This document shows positions 53,824 to 63,775 of a DNA stretch of 64,000 bases, in pieces (the stretch's first letter is position 1; each line of letters opens with the position of its first letter). The notes under the pieces were generated by a model that saw only the letters and a program-made list of their open reading frames with translations, did not search any database and was not told the DNA's origin. This DNA is from Selenomonadaceae bacterium (GTDB lineage: Bacteria; Bacillota; Negativicutes; Selenomonadales; Selenomonadaceae), in NCBI GenBank assembly GCA_017476425.1, contig JAFUZV010000115.1:17349-81348 (forward strand), read 5' to 3'. A program made the position numbers and the translations under genes.

Positions 53824-54872
53824 TTCAATTTTCCTTTGTACTCTTCAATCTCTTTCATTCTCTCAAGAACTTTATCAATCGCCGCTGAAAAATAAGAATC
53901 ATTATGGACTTTATGATCTAAATGTTTCCAAACCTCAAGCGATTTTTCAAACGATTTGTAAGCCTCATCAATATATCCAAGTCCACAGAGGATCATTCCA
54001 CGTTCAGCATAAAATTCCGGCAGATTCGGCATTTCTTTTATCGCTCGTTCAACTATCAACAACATTTTTTCATCAGAATATTTCAAATCACGCATTGCAT
54101 TTAACACTTTATGATAGAGATCGCCGCGACTGGTAATAATATCAACGTCAGCATTTAAAGCCTTAAGTGCGTGAAGTAATGCTTTCTCACTATTGCCTAA
54201 ACCTGCATAACAATCAGCAAGTGCAATATCGTGTTGAGACTGATGTCCGATCATTTCAATTTCACGATTAATTATTTCAAGATTTCTTAGCAATTTATTT
54301 TTAATGATCTGCGAACTATAGCCGGTATGATAAATTGCAAGATCATCATCAGCAAAAACATATTTCAATTTACCGTCTTTAATGTTGGTGATATTTTCGT
54401 GAATTAATCCACGATAACGAAGGTGATCAACATTTTTAAAAATTCTAGCACACCAATCACGTGTTAATTCTTGATTTTGATTATCTTGATCAATATTAAT
54501 TCTTGAAATTAAAATAACTTCTTTAGTTGAAAATTTTTCGATCGCTTGACGGACTTTTTTAGGATTTATAAAAAATTCATCAGCGTCAAGGAAAATGATC
54601 CAATCGCCATTTGAATTATCAATCGCTAAATTGCGTGGCGTGCTAAAATCATCATTCCAAACATAATTAAAAATTTTAGCATTGTAACTTTCAGCAATTT
54701 CAATCGTCCGATCAGTTGATCCCGTGTCGACAACAATAATTTCATCAACTGCATTGATCAGTGAATCGATCGATCGCTTTAAATTATTTTCTTCATTCTT
54801 AACGATATAACAAGCCGAAATTTTAATTTGAGATCGTGATTTAAATTTCTTCGACGATTTTATTTTCTTCAA
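53820..54872 (-). CDS. GT2 glycosyltransferase-TPR fusion (GmaR-like), paralog 1 of 5
   Basis: 350-aa ORF. MKKIKSSKKFKSRSQIKISACYIVKNEE, VVDTGSTDRT and DWIIFLDADEFF. Confidence 0.75.
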   Translation of the reverse strand: MKKIKSSKKFKSRSQIKISACYIVKNEENNLKRSIDSLINAVDEIIVVDTGSTDRTIEIAESYNAKIFNYVWNDDFSTPRNLAIDNSNGDWIIFLDADEFFINPKKVRQAIEKFSTKEVILISRINIDQDNQNQELTRDWCARIFKNVDHLRYRGLIHENITNIKDGKLKYVFADDDLAIYHTGYSSQIIKNKLLRNLEIINREIEMIGHQSQHDIALADCYAGLGNSEKALLHALKALNADVDIITSRGDLYHKVLNAMRDLKYSDEKMLLIVERAIKEMPNLPEFYAERGMILCGLGYIDEAYKSFEKSLEVWKHLDHKVHNDSYFSAAIDKVLERMKEIEEYKGKLK

Positions 54873-54878
54873 AATTTT

Positions 54879-55073
54879 TCACCTTCTTTTGGAACGCTTA
54901 AACATATTTAACAACAAGAAGGCAATTACCACACCGGCGAATATATAAATATCATTTTCGTGCACAAGATCGCCTGTACCATTTTCTTCGATCTTAACGA
55001 AAATCGCCATTACAACCAAAATCACTACTAAAACATTTGAGATCAATCGTCCGTGAGTTTTTAAAAATTGCAT
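54879..55073 (-). CDS. Small two-TM membrane protein, first gene of the glycosyltransferase operon
   Basis: 64-aa ORF with a strong SD (AAGGCGGTGAAG). Two hydrophobic segments. The stop lies 6 nt before the next gene. Confidence 0.4.
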   Translation of the reverse strand: MQFLKTHGRLISNVLVVILVVMAIFVKIEENGTGDLVHENDIYIFAGVVIAFLLLNMFKRSKRR

Positions 55074-55167
55074 AACTTCACCGCCTTATTAATCACTTGC
55101 AATTATTATCAATAACGTTTAAAATATATTCAGATTTAAAATTAAAAAATTTTTGAGGAGAATATAA

Positions 55168-55680
55168 ATGGGCATTTTAGATAAAATTAAAAATCTTCTT
55201 CCGAAACGTAAGCCGGCTGAGCCGGTCAATAACATTCCGAAAGAGAAAGAGAATATCCGTAAAACTTTTGGAGTTTATTGCCGTAGCAAGCACAACACCG
55301 AAGGCGATAAACTTTGTCCGAAATGCACTGCACTTTTGACGACGATTTTTACTAAGATCGGTCGCTGTCCTTATGGAATTACAAAGCCGATCTGTGATAA
55401 ATGTGAAACGCCTTGTTTTGGTGAGAAACAAACTAAAGATTTTTTGGAAATCATGAACTCATCGCAGAAAAAAATGTTGCTCTCTCATCCTATGATGACG
55501 ATCAAACACAAAATTCAACGTCTCGGTGTAGATTATGCTATTCAAGAGCGAAATAAAAAATCAACTGATAAACAAAAAGAAGCTGAAGAGAAAGTTAAAT
55601 CAAAGATCGCAAATGCTTTGAAATCACCTAAATCTTCAAAATCAAAATCGAAATCAAAAAGTAAGAAAAAGAAAAAATAA
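55168..55680 (+). CDS. Nitrous-oxide-stimulated-promoter (YgbA-like) family Cys-rich protein with Lys/Ser-rich tail
   Basis: 170-aa ORF. YCRSKHN..LCPKCTALL..RCPYGITKPICDKCETPCF..LLSHPMMTIKH follows the YgbA_NO family layout. The C-terminus is KSPKSSKSKSKSKSKKKKK. Confidence 0.6.
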   Translation: MGILDKIKNLLPKRKPAEPVNNIPKEKENIRKTFGVYCRSKHNTEGDKLCPKCTALLTTIFTKIGRCPYGITKPICDKCETPCFGEKQTKDFLEIMNSSQKKMLLSHPMMTIKHKIQRLGVDYAIQERNKKSTDKQKEAEEKVKSKIANALKSPKSSKSKSKSKSKKKKK

Positions 55681-55698
55681 TTGATCTCAAAATTTGAA

Positions 55699-55725
55699 TT
55701 GCCGTTAAAAACGGTGATTTTTTTT
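55699..55725 (+). terminator. Weak rho-independent terminator
   Basis: TTGCCGTT / AACGGTGA short stem (5 Watson-Crick pairs plus wobble) followed by T8. Confidence 0.4.
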
Positions 55726-55733
55726 GCGATAAA

Positions 55734-56963
55734 TTATTTTCTTGAAGGTTCTAAACTAAATTCACTAGGTGGCGGAGGCTGTTCACCGGCAAGAATTTTT
55801 TTCTGAATTTCTTTCTCACCTTGACGACCTATATTAACCAAAATACCCATTGCCGCCATCGTAATAATCAACGAAGTACCGCCGTAACTAATGAATGGCA
55901 AAGGAACTCCGACAACAGGAAACATTCCGCCGACCATTAATAGATTGGCGATCGCTTGACCAACAACTAAAATCATTATACCCATTGAAAGAATTTGCCC
56001 ATAAGTATCTTTAGCTTTGTTGGCAACTCTGGCACTATAGACAGCAAGAGCGGCAAAAAGTAAGAAAACAAATATCGCACCTAAAAAACCATTCTCTTGA
56101 CAGAAGATCGCAAAAGCAAAATCTGTATGAGCTTCCGGCAAATAATCATATTTACTAACGCCGACACCTAAACCCATACCGGTTAACTCACCGCTGCCGA
56201 TCGCTGAAAGTGACTGCACTGTTTGATAACCTATATTTTGAGCATCTGACCAAGGATCAAAAGCAACTTTCAATCTGTCAATACGGTAAGGCTGTCTTAA
56301 AATCATTATTATCGCACCGGCAATAACAGCTCCGATCATCATTCGTAATTTCCACATTTCAAGTCCGACAACGATCATCATAAAAATCGGAACTCCTAAA
56401 ATTATGCAGGCTGTTCCCATATCCGGTTCTTGTTCCGTCAAAAAGAACATTATGAATATAAAGCCCATCTGCGGCGTTGCAATATCGATTTTTCGTTGAG
56501 CTTGCACTTTAACAGCCAGATAAGCTGAAATTAGTAGAATTGCAACGAGTTTAGCCATTTCCGCCGGTTGAAATTGTGTTACTCCGAGTGGTAACCAACG
56601 CCTTGCACCATTGACTGAAGGTCCTATGAATAAGACGAGTACAAGACATATGATCGTTATCAAAAGGACGATCGGAATATATCGCCGCCAAACGTGATAA
56701 TCAAATGCAAAGCAACAGCCAAAAGCGATAAAACCGATCACTACGTTAATAATATGTCGTTTCAAAAAAAAGTATGGCGTATCAAATTCAGCCTCAGCAA
56801 TTATAAAACTTGAACTAAAAACATTAATCGTTCCTAAAATCAGCAAGACAACCATTATACCGATGAGTGCTTCCATATCGTTATTCCAGAATTTTTTTCT
56901 TTCGATATTAGCAGGTTGATTATTAGATTTAGAAGTGGACTTGCTAACAACTTTTTCAGGCAA
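55734..56963 (-). CDS. FtsW/RodA/SpoVE family peptidoglycan glycosyltransferase
   Basis: 409-aa polytopic ORF. GARRWL, QPAEMAKL, PEAHTDFAF and PFISYGGTS motifs are present. Confidence 0.85.
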   Translation of the reverse strand: MPEKVVSKSTSKSNNQPANIERKKFWNNDMEALIGIMVVLLILGTINVFSSSFIIAEAEFDTPYFFLKRHIINVVIGFIAFGCCFAFDYHVWRRYIPIVLLITIICLVLVLFIGPSVNGARRWLPLGVTQFQPAEMAKLVAILLISAYLAVKVQAQRKIDIATPQMGFIFIMFFLTEQEPDMGTACIILGVPIFMMIVVGLEMWKLRMMIGAVIAGAIIMILRQPYRIDRLKVAFDPWSDAQNIGYQTVQSLSAIGSGELTGMGLGVGVSKYDYLPEAHTDFAFAIFCQENGFLGAIFVFLLFAALAVYSARVANKAKDTYGQILSMGIMILVVGQAIANLLMVGGMFPVVGVPLPFISYGGTSLIITMAAMGILVNIGRQGEKEIQKKILAGEQPPPPSEFSLEPSRK

Positions 56964-56972
56964 ATTATCACC

Positions 56973-57641
56973 TCATTCAATTAAAAATTTCACGACGCAA
57001 CGACAAATCGGCACGCCTTGAGAACTAAATTTTTTTTCGTATTCCGTTTGAATATTATCAGCCGGCTCATTAGCGTGAAGATCATAAGTAATTTCACTGA
57101 CATTAAGTCCGGCAATTTCAAATTGTTCAAGTGAATAGTCAAACAAGCCGCGATTATCAGTCTTGAAAAAAATTTCACCATTCGGCTTGAGAATGCTTCT
57201 ATATTTTTCAAGAAAATTTATATTTGTAAGTCGACGTTTAGCGTGTCGCTTTTTAGGCCAGGGATCGCAGAAATTTATATAAATTCGATCGATCTCATCC
57301 TCAGCAAAAATTTTTTCAATATTATTAATGTTAAAGACCAGCAGACGAATATTTTTTAAATCCTTCTCACGGACTTTTCTAGCAGCTGCATAAACAACTG
57401 TCGCCTCAAGTTCAATTCCGATAAAATAAATTTCTTGATTAATCTCAGAAAGTTGACTTATAAAATCACCTTTGCCTGTTCCTAGTTCAACGAAAATTTT
57501 TTTATCAGACGGCGAATCTTGATCAAAAATCTTTCGCCATTTTCCACGACAATCATCACCGGTTTCAACGTCAATACTTGCAACTATATCAGAAAAGTTT
57601 TCAAGTTTCTCATTAACATTGTGCTTTTTTCTAAGTCTCAA
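56973..57641 (-). CDS. trmB: tRNA (guanine-N7)-methyltransferase
   Basis: The start is set to the TTG giving MRLRKKHNV.. after GGAAGTGAG; the ORF-track extension to 57725 has no SD. VELGTGKGDF SAM motif and FCDPWPKKRHAKRR. Confidence 0.85.
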   Translation of the reverse strand: MRLRKKHNVNEKLENFSDIVASIDVETGDDCRGKWRKIFDQDSPSDKKIFVELGTGKGDFISQLSEINQEIYFIGIELEATVVYAAARKVREKDLKNIRLLVFNINNIEKIFAEDEIDRIYINFCDPWPKKRHAKRRLTNINFLEKYRSILKPNGEIFFKTDNRGLFDYSLEQFEIAGLNVSEITYDLHANEPADNIQTEYEKKFSSQGVPICRCVVKFLIE

Positions 57642-57833
57642 ATTCTCACTTCCTTTTTTGAAAATAATATTAACAAATTTTATCGTCATATGCAAATTTT
57701 TCTTTAGCTTAAAAAATTTTTTCACAAATTCATTAGTAATTGATCAAACGATCTTGCAACGAATAAAATTAAATGCTATGATCAATAAAACTTTTAAAAA
57801 CTATTTAAATTTTTATTGGAGGAGATGATTCTT

Positions 57834-58682
57834 GTGAGGTCAACAAAAAAAATTGGTGCAATGTTGACAATTATGGCGTTTGTGTTATCGCTTATGGCAA
57901 TTACAGCATTCGCCGCAACAAATGATGGTGTCGATTGGGACAAAGGCATTATTCGTGCAACCGGCTATGCTACCGGTAAAAATCGTGCTTTAGCTCATAG
58001 AGCTGCAAGAATGGACGCAATGAGAAATCTTGCGGAACAAGTCAAAGGTGTACAAGTTGATGCTGAGAGTACAATGGAAGACTTAGAACTTAAAAATGAT
58101 CTCGTTAAAACGAAAGTTAGTGCAATAATTAAAAATATGCAAGAAGTTGGTGAGCCGACTTATGATAAAGATGGCTATTGTTCAATAGTTATGGAAATGC
58201 CGCTTTTCGGTTCCTCTGATTCACTTGCGGAAGCTGCATTTATTCCATTCAAAGCTCAAGCTAAAGAACCTTTTCCACAACCTACAACTACTACCACTAC
58301 GACAACAACTACAATTACAAGTAATAGTGCTGTTGCAGCCGCTTCAGCTTATAATTACACCGGTTTAATTGTTGACTGTTCCGGTCTCGGTCTTAAGCCG
58401 GTTATGTCGCCGGTTATCAAAAATAACAGCGGTCAACCTATCTACGGTTATAAAAATTTAGACTATGATAAAATTATTGCTTACGGTATGGCATCTTATG
58501 TTAAAAGTGTAAATGATTCAGCGGCATCACGTGCCGGAAATAATCCGCTTGTTGTTAAAGCTCTTTCCGTTGAAAATCACAATGCTAATCCCGTTATTAA
58601 AATTTCTGACTCCGATGCTATTTTGATCGCTAATCAAGGAAGTCATTTTTTGGATAATTGCGCAGTAGTTTTTGTCAGATAA
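57834..58682 (+). CDS. Secreted protein with LPP20-like N-terminal domain, poly-Thr linker and unknown C-terminal domain
   Basis: GTG at 57834 lies 9 nt after GGAGGAG. Signal peptide ending AFA. GIIRATGYATGKN..RAARMDAMRNLAEQV resembles the LPP20/FlgP-type fold (weak recall). The linker is PTTTTTTTTTTIT. Confidence 0.45.
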   Translation: MRSTKKIGAMLTIMAFVLSLMAITAFAATNDGVDWDKGIIRATGYATGKNRALAHRAARMDAMRNLAEQVKGVQVDAESTMEDLELKNDLVKTKVSAIIKNMQEVGEPTYDKDGYCSIVMEMPLFGSSDSLAEAAFIPFKAQAKEPFPQPTTTTTTTTTTITSNSAVAAASAYNYTGLIVDCSGLGLKPVMSPVIKNNSGQPIYGYKNLDYDKIIAYGMASYVKSVNDSAASRAGNNPLVVKALSVENHNANPVIKISDSDAILIANQGSHFLDNCAVVFVR

Positions 58683-58712
58683 ACGAAACTTAAATAAAAA
58701 TTTAAATTTTAT

Positions 58713-58752
58713 GTAGAGAGTTTAATAAATAATTTGGACTCTCTATTTTTTT
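58713..58752 (+). terminator. Rho-independent terminator
   Basis: TAGAGAGT / ACTCTCTA stem with a 16-nt AT loop, followed by T7. Confidence 0.65.
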
Positions 58753-58833
58753 ATAATTAAAATTGCAACCTTGTCATTAAAAATATTTTTTTATATAATA
58801 ACCAAAATAATTTTTTGAGAGGTTAAAAATTTT

Positions 58834-60633
58834 ATGAACGATAGAATAAGAAATTTTTCAATCATTGCACATATTGATCACGGTAAAAGTACTTTAGCAG
58901 ATCGATTGATCGAAACGACCGGCACAGTTGAAAAGCGTGATATGTCTGATCAACTTCTTGATAATATGGAGTTGGAACGTGAAAGAGGAATAACGATCAA
59001 AGCGCAGACTGTTCGATTAAAATATATTGCAAGTGACGGCAAAGAATATCGATTGAATTTGATCGACACGCCTGGACACGTTGATTTTACATATGAAGTT
59101 TCAAGAAGTCTTGCGGCTTGTGAAGGTGCATTGCTGGTTGTTGATGCGTCTCAAGGCGTTGAGGCACAGACTTTATCGAATGTCTATCTTGCACTTGATA
59201 ACGATCTTGAGATCGTGCCGGTGATCAATAAAATTGATCTTCCGAGTGCTGATCCTGATCGTGTTAAAGAAGAGATCGAAGAGGCGATCGGACTTGACGC
59301 AAGCGAAGCAATTTTATGCAGTGCTAAAACCGGTGAAGGTATCAACGAAATCTTAGAAGCGATTGTAAAAAAAATTCCGCCACCGAGTGGTGACAGTAAT
59401 AAATCTTTGCAAGCGTTAATTTTCGATTCATATTTTGATTCATACAAAGGCGCAGTTGCACACGTTAGAATTTTCAACGGTACAGTCAAAAAAGGTGATC
59501 GTTTGAAATTGATCGCTACAAGTAAAGAATTTGAGGCAACAGAGATCGGCTATTTTTCACCGTCAATGGTTGAAGTTGATCAACTTTCTGCCGGTGAAGT
59601 TGGTTACATTTGCGGATCATTAAAAGATGTTCGTGATGTTCGTGTTGGTGATACGATAACAAGTCTTGAAAATTCTGCAGAGGCGTTAAGCGGTTATCGT
59701 GCACCTGTTCCGATGGTTTTCTGCGGACTTTATCCAACTGATTCCGCTGATTATGACAATTTAAAAGACGCTTTAGAGAAATTGCAACTCAATGACGCAG
59801 CTTTAGTATTTGAGCCGGAAACTTCGGCGGCTTTAGGTTTTGGATTTCGCTGTGGTTTTTTGGGACTTCTTCATATGGACGTAATTCAAGAGAGATTAGA
59901 ACGTGAATACAAATTGAAACTTGTAACAACTGCGCCGTCAGTCGTCTATCACGTTACTAAGACTGACGACGAAAAGGTGACGGTTGATAATCCTGCGGCA
60001 CTTCCACCGGCAACCGAAATTAAATTTATTGAAGAACCGATCGTTAAGGCAACTGTTATTGTTCCGTCTGATTATATCGGCGCAGTTATGGAACTTTGCA
60101 GAGACAAACGTGGAATTTATAAATCAATGGACTATATCGACAAGACAAGAGTAATGATCACTTATGAAATTCCGCTGAATGAAATTATTTTTGATTTCTT
60201 CGATAAATTGAAGTCAATGACTCGTGGTTATGCAAGTCTTGATTATGAGCTTGCCGGTTATAATGAATCTGATTTAGTCAAGTTAGACGTTTTACTTAAT
60301 GGTGATATGGTTGATGCGTTAAGTGCGATCGTTCACAAAACTCGTGCGGCTCGTGTTGGTCGTGCATTGGCTTTGAAGTTGAAGAGATTGATCCCAGAAC
60401 AATTATTTGATATTCCGGTGCAAGCGGCGATCGGCGGACGTGTTATCGCTCGTGAAACTGTCAAGGCAAGACGGAAAGATGTTTTAGCGAAATGTTACGG
60501 CGGTGATGTTAGCAGAAAAAGAAAATTACTTGAGAAGCAGAAAGAAGGCAAGAAACGAATGAAGGCAGTCGGATCGGTTGAATTGCCTCAAGAAGCATTT
60601 ATGGCAGTGTTGAAAGTTGGCGACGAAGTTTAA
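58834..60633 (+). CDS. lepA: Translation elongation factor 4 (LepA)
   Basis: 599-aa [32 protein letters not shown] and NKIDLP G-motifs, plus the LepA-specific C-terminus. Confidence 0.95.
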   Translation: MNDRIRNFSIIAHIDHGKSTLADRLIETTGTVEKRDMSDQLLDNMELERERGITIKAQTVRLKYIASDGKEYRLNLIDTPGHVDFTYEVSRSLAACEGALLVVDASQGVEAQTLSNVYLALDNDLEIVPVINKIDLPSADPDRVKEEIEEAIGLDASEAILCSAKTGEGINEILEAIVKKIPPPSGDSNKSLQALIFDSYFDSYKGAVAHVRIFNGTVKKGDRLKLIATSKEFEATEIGYFSPSMVEVDQLSAGEVGYICGSLKDVRDVRVGDTITSLENSAEALSGYRAPVPMVFCGLYPTDSADYDNLKDALEKLQLNDAALVFEPETSAALGFGFRCGFLGLLHMDVIQERLEREYKLKLVTTAPSVVYHVTKTDDEKVTVDNPAALPPATEIKFIEEPIVKATVIVPSDYIGAVMELCRDKRGIYKSMDYIDKTRVMITYEIPLNEIIFDFFDKLKSMTRGYASLDYELAGYNESDLVKLDVLLNGDMVDALSAIVHKTRAARVGRALALKLKRLIPEQLFDIPVQAAIGGRVIARETVKARRKDVLAKCYGGDVSRKRKLLEKQKEGKKRMKAVGSVELPQEAFMAVLKVGDEV

Positions 60634-60647
60634 CGAGGTATCTTTCA

Positions 60648-61358
60648 ATGTATGGCTTATCAATCAAACAATTTAAAACTTTGCTGGAAATTTTATCAGC
60701 AAAAAAAGAATCAATTTCACAAGTAAAAATTTTCGGTTCAAGAGCTCGTGGCGATTATAAAGTCACTTCTGACATTGATCTAGCAATAATTTTTACACGT
60801 CAAATTCAAACGTCATTATCAGCAGCATTTGAAAATAGCAATTTGCCATATACCATTGACATAATCGACTACAATGAAGTCAAAAATAAAAATTTGCTGG
60901 AAAATATCAATCGAGATGGAAAAATATTATTCGCAAATAATGAAGGTGTTTTGATGAATACAGAGGAATTAAATTTGAAATTTGAAGATTATAGCCGTGC
61001 TTGTGAAAAATTGCAGTCGGCATTGACTAAAGATATTTCTGCTGATGATTTATATTTAGACGGCGTGATTCAACGCTTTGAATTTTGTTTTGAGTTGTCT
61101 TGGAAGTTGATGAAGGCTTATTTATCGTTTGAAGGAATAGAATCAAATAGTCCACGCAGCAGCATTCGAGAATCGTTTAAAATCGGATTGATAACTGAAG
61201 CGGAAGATTGGCTTGATATGTTGGAAAAACGCAACCTTTCATCTCATACTTACGACGAAGAGACAGCAATAGAAATTTATCAGCACATATCACAAAAATA
61301 TATTTCATTGCTGATTAATTTCAAAGAAGAATTACAAGGCAAGTTGATAGAAAAATAG
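60648..61358 (+). CDS. Fused minimal nucleotidyltransferase (MNT) - HEPN (HI0074-family) protein
   Basis: 236-aa ORF. N-terminal GSRARGDYKVTSDIDLAI (GS..RG..DxD). The C-terminal part has QRFEFCFELSWKLMKAYL and an Rx4H motif (RNLSSH). Confidence 0.7.
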   Translation: MYGLSIKQFKTLLEILSAKKESISQVKIFGSRARGDYKVTSDIDLAIIFTRQIQTSLSAAFENSNLPYTIDIIDYNEVKNKNLLENINRDGKILFANNEGVLMNTEELNLKFEDYSRACEKLQSALTKDISADDLYLDGVIQRFEFCFELSWKLMKAYLSFEGIESNSPRSSIRESFKIGLITEAEDWLDMLEKRNLSSHTYDEETAIEIYQHISQKYISLLINFKEELQGKLIEK

Positions 61359-61397
61359 ATGGACTATTGAAATTAAAATTTTTTGGAGGTGTTCTCA

Positions 61398-61976
61398 TTG
61401 AAAAAATTTGTTATTCGTTTTATGTTGCTGACGTTAGCAATGATGATCGCTGCAATGGCGACAACTTCGGCGAAAGCTAACATTGAAGAGCAGCGTCAAG
61501 AAGTCCGTGAAATGTCAAAAGCAACATTGACTAAACTTTATGAGAAATATCCAAATGCTCAACGTGTTATCAAAAATTGTTATGGCTATGCAACATTAAG
61601 CAATGCTAACACTAATGTCATTCTTCTAAGCAGTAGTCACGGTCGCGGCGTTGCTTATAACAACGAAACCGGCGAAGAAGTTTTTATGAAAATGAAGGAA
61701 GTTGGAATAGGAATCGGAGCTGGTGCTCGTGAATATGATTTGATCTTTGTCTTTGATGACGTTGATGCTTGGAATAAATTTATCAGCGGTCAAACGAAAT
61801 TTGGCGGCGAAGCAAGTGCAACGGCAACTGATGGCAAAAGCGGCGGAGCGATCGAAGGTGCAACACTTCTTTCAAGCGGTATTTGGGTTTATCAAATGAC
61901 GACGAAAGGTCTTTCACTTGAGGCAACACTTAACGGAACGAAATATTATAAAGATAAAAAACTCAACAAAAAGTAA
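61398..61976 (+). CDS. SYLF (DUF500/Ysc84-like) lipid-binding domain protein with signal peptide
   Basis: TTG at 61398 lies 6 nt after GGAGGTG. GYATLSN, GVAYNNETGEEVFMKM, GIGIGAGAREYDLIFVF and KFGGEASATA follow the SYLF layout. Confidence 0.65.
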   Translation: MKKFVIRFMLLTLAMMIAAMATTSAKANIEEQRQEVREMSKATLTKLYEKYPNAQRVIKNCYGYATLSNANTNVILLSSSHGRGVAYNNETGEEVFMKMKEVGIGIGAGAREYDLIFVFDDVDAWNKFISGQTKFGGEASATATDGKSGGAIEGATLLSSGIWVYQMTTKGLSLEATLNGTKYYKDKKLNKK

Positions 61977-62017
61977 TTTAATTCAAAAATCCTTTCAAAA
62001 AAATTTTCAACAAAAAA

Positions 62018-62052
62018 ACCTTGATCGAAATTTACGGTCAAGGTTGATTTTT
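62018..62052. terminator. Bidirectional terminator between the SYLF gene and flgE
   Basis: AACCTTGATCG / CGGTCAAGGTT stem (one G:U) with a 6-nt loop. T-run downstream and A7 upstream. Confidence 0.75.
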
Positions 62053-62065
62053 TATATCTGTTTAA

Positions 62066-63751
62066 TTATCTCTTCATATTAACAAGCGTTTCAAGCATTT
62101 CATCACCGACATTAATGATCTTGCTGTTAGCTTGGAAACCACGCTGAGTAATTATCATTTCGGAGAACTCATTTGCAAGATCGACGTTAGACATTTCAAG
62201 TGCTGAAGGCGTGATCGTCAAGCCAAGATCCGGCGCAGTCTTGATATTAGCTTGTCCTGAGTTATTAGATTCTGCATAAAGACTGTTACCGCTCTTAGTT
62301 AAGCCGGCGGCATTAGTAAATTGTGCAACGGCGACTTGTGCCTCAAATTGATTCATACCGTTAGTATAAGTACCTGTTATTACACCGGAAGTATCAACAG
62401 AAATACTTACAAGCGTACCGGCAACATTACCATTAGCAGAAGGATAAGCACTATTACTACCGGAATATTGTGTCAAACCTTGGAAGTTAGCAGTAGGCGT
62501 TGTAACACTGGCACCATTAACAGGAACACTACTATAACTTTCAATTTGATTAACATAAGAATTAATGCCAGAAGCATAACCTCTTATATTAGTATTCGTA
62601 GTAGTAGACGTATAAGTTCTGCCATTTATGACATACTGATAAACGGCTTCTGAACCTCGTCTTTGAACATACATGGTAGCATTCTCTTCATCTGGAACAG
62701 CATCAAAATTATATTCAAGTCTCATTTTACAAGTAAGATTACCAGTAGATTGACCATTTGAGTCGAACTGAATAGTAAATGACGACACTAGAGTATCGTT
62801 ATTATCTACGAATGATACACGAGTATAAGTTCCATCAGACTCTTTGACATATGAATAAACCGATGCGTAAGTAGTTGCTATTCTGTTATTATTGCTGTCA
62901 AATGTTACACCTTTTGACGGATTAGTTATATTAGTCACAGGTGCAGTACCTGCAGTTGTTAAACTCGCAAGCGATGCTAACCAAGTATTAGCACCAGCCT
63001 TTTCCAGTTGAACAGGAACACTATGAGACATACCTTCAGAGTCGTAAACTTGCAAAACAGTTGACATAGGAATTGAATGACCAACAGTATATCTTCCGCT
63101 AGTAACGGTTACGGTTGAGCCATCTGATAAAGTTATATTTGAAATTGTACCACTGGCAATATTGACTGTAGATCCGTAAGTTTTAATATCATCAATCGCC
63201 GTGATCAAAGGCTCATTTGCATTCAAGTTGCCGTTAAAAGTAATTTCAGTTGTTGCCGCTGCCGCCATAGTCTTACCGGTTGGAACAATAATATCAGAAG
63301 GCTGTGAATTTGTATTGAGTGATCCATTAACAGCATTCCAGCCTTGAACTTTTAAACCACTGCCTGGAAGTACGTAATAACCATTTTCATCAAAGCTGAA
63401 TGCACCATCACGAGTATAGAAAGTCGAATCACCATTTTTAACGACGAATAAACCATTTCCGCTGAGTGCTAAGTCTGTATTTTTACCTGTACCTTGTGGT
63501 GAACCGTCAGTAAAAATAAGATCGATACTTGCAACGCTGACACCTAAACCGATTTGCTTAGGGTTAGTACCGCCGACATTATCAGCCGGAGCTGCTGCGC
63601 CGGACTGCGTCTGTGATAACATATCTGCAAAAGTCGTACGACTTGATTTAAAACCAACTGTATTAATGTTAGCAATATTGTTGCCGATTGAATCCATACG
63701 AGTCTGGTGAACTTTAAGACCAGATACTCCGGCAAACAGGGAACGCATCAT
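62066..63751 (-). CDS. flgE: Flagellar hook protein FlgE (long form with large variable central domain)
   Basis: 561-aa ORF. MMRSLFAGVSGLKVHQTRMDSIGNNIANINTVGFK N-terminus and the C-terminal LEMSNVDLANEFSEMIITQRGFQANSKII are canonical hook/rod terminal motifs. AAGGAG SD. Confidence 0.9.
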   Translation of the reverse strand: MMRSLFAGVSGLKVHQTRMDSIGNNIANINTVGFKSSRTTFADMLSQTQSGAAAPADNVGGTNPKQIGLGVSVASIDLIFTDGSPQGTGKNTDLALSGNGLFVVKNGDSTFYTRDGAFSFDENGYYVLPGSGLKVQGWNAVNGSLNTNSQPSDIIVPTGKTMAAAATTEITFNGNLNANEPLITAIDDIKTYGSTVNIASGTISNITLSDGSTVTVTSGRYTVGHSIPMSTVLQVYDSEGMSHSVPVQLEKAGANTWLASLASLTTAGTAPVTNITNPSKGVTFDSNNNRIATTYASVYSYVKESDGTYTRVSFVDNNDTLVSSFTIQFDSNGQSTGNLTCKMRLEYNFDAVPDEENATMYVQRRGSEAVYQYVINGRTYTSTTTNTNIRGYASGINSYVNQIESYSSVPVNGASVTTPTANFQGLTQYSGSNSAYPSANGNVAGTLVSISVDTSGVITGTYTNGMNQFEAQVAVAQFTNAAGLTKSGNSLYAESNNSGQANIKTAPDLGLTITPSALEMSNVDLANEFSEMIITQRGFQANSKIINVGDEMLETLVNMKR

Positions 63752-63775
63752 AATAAATCACTACTCCTTCAATAT

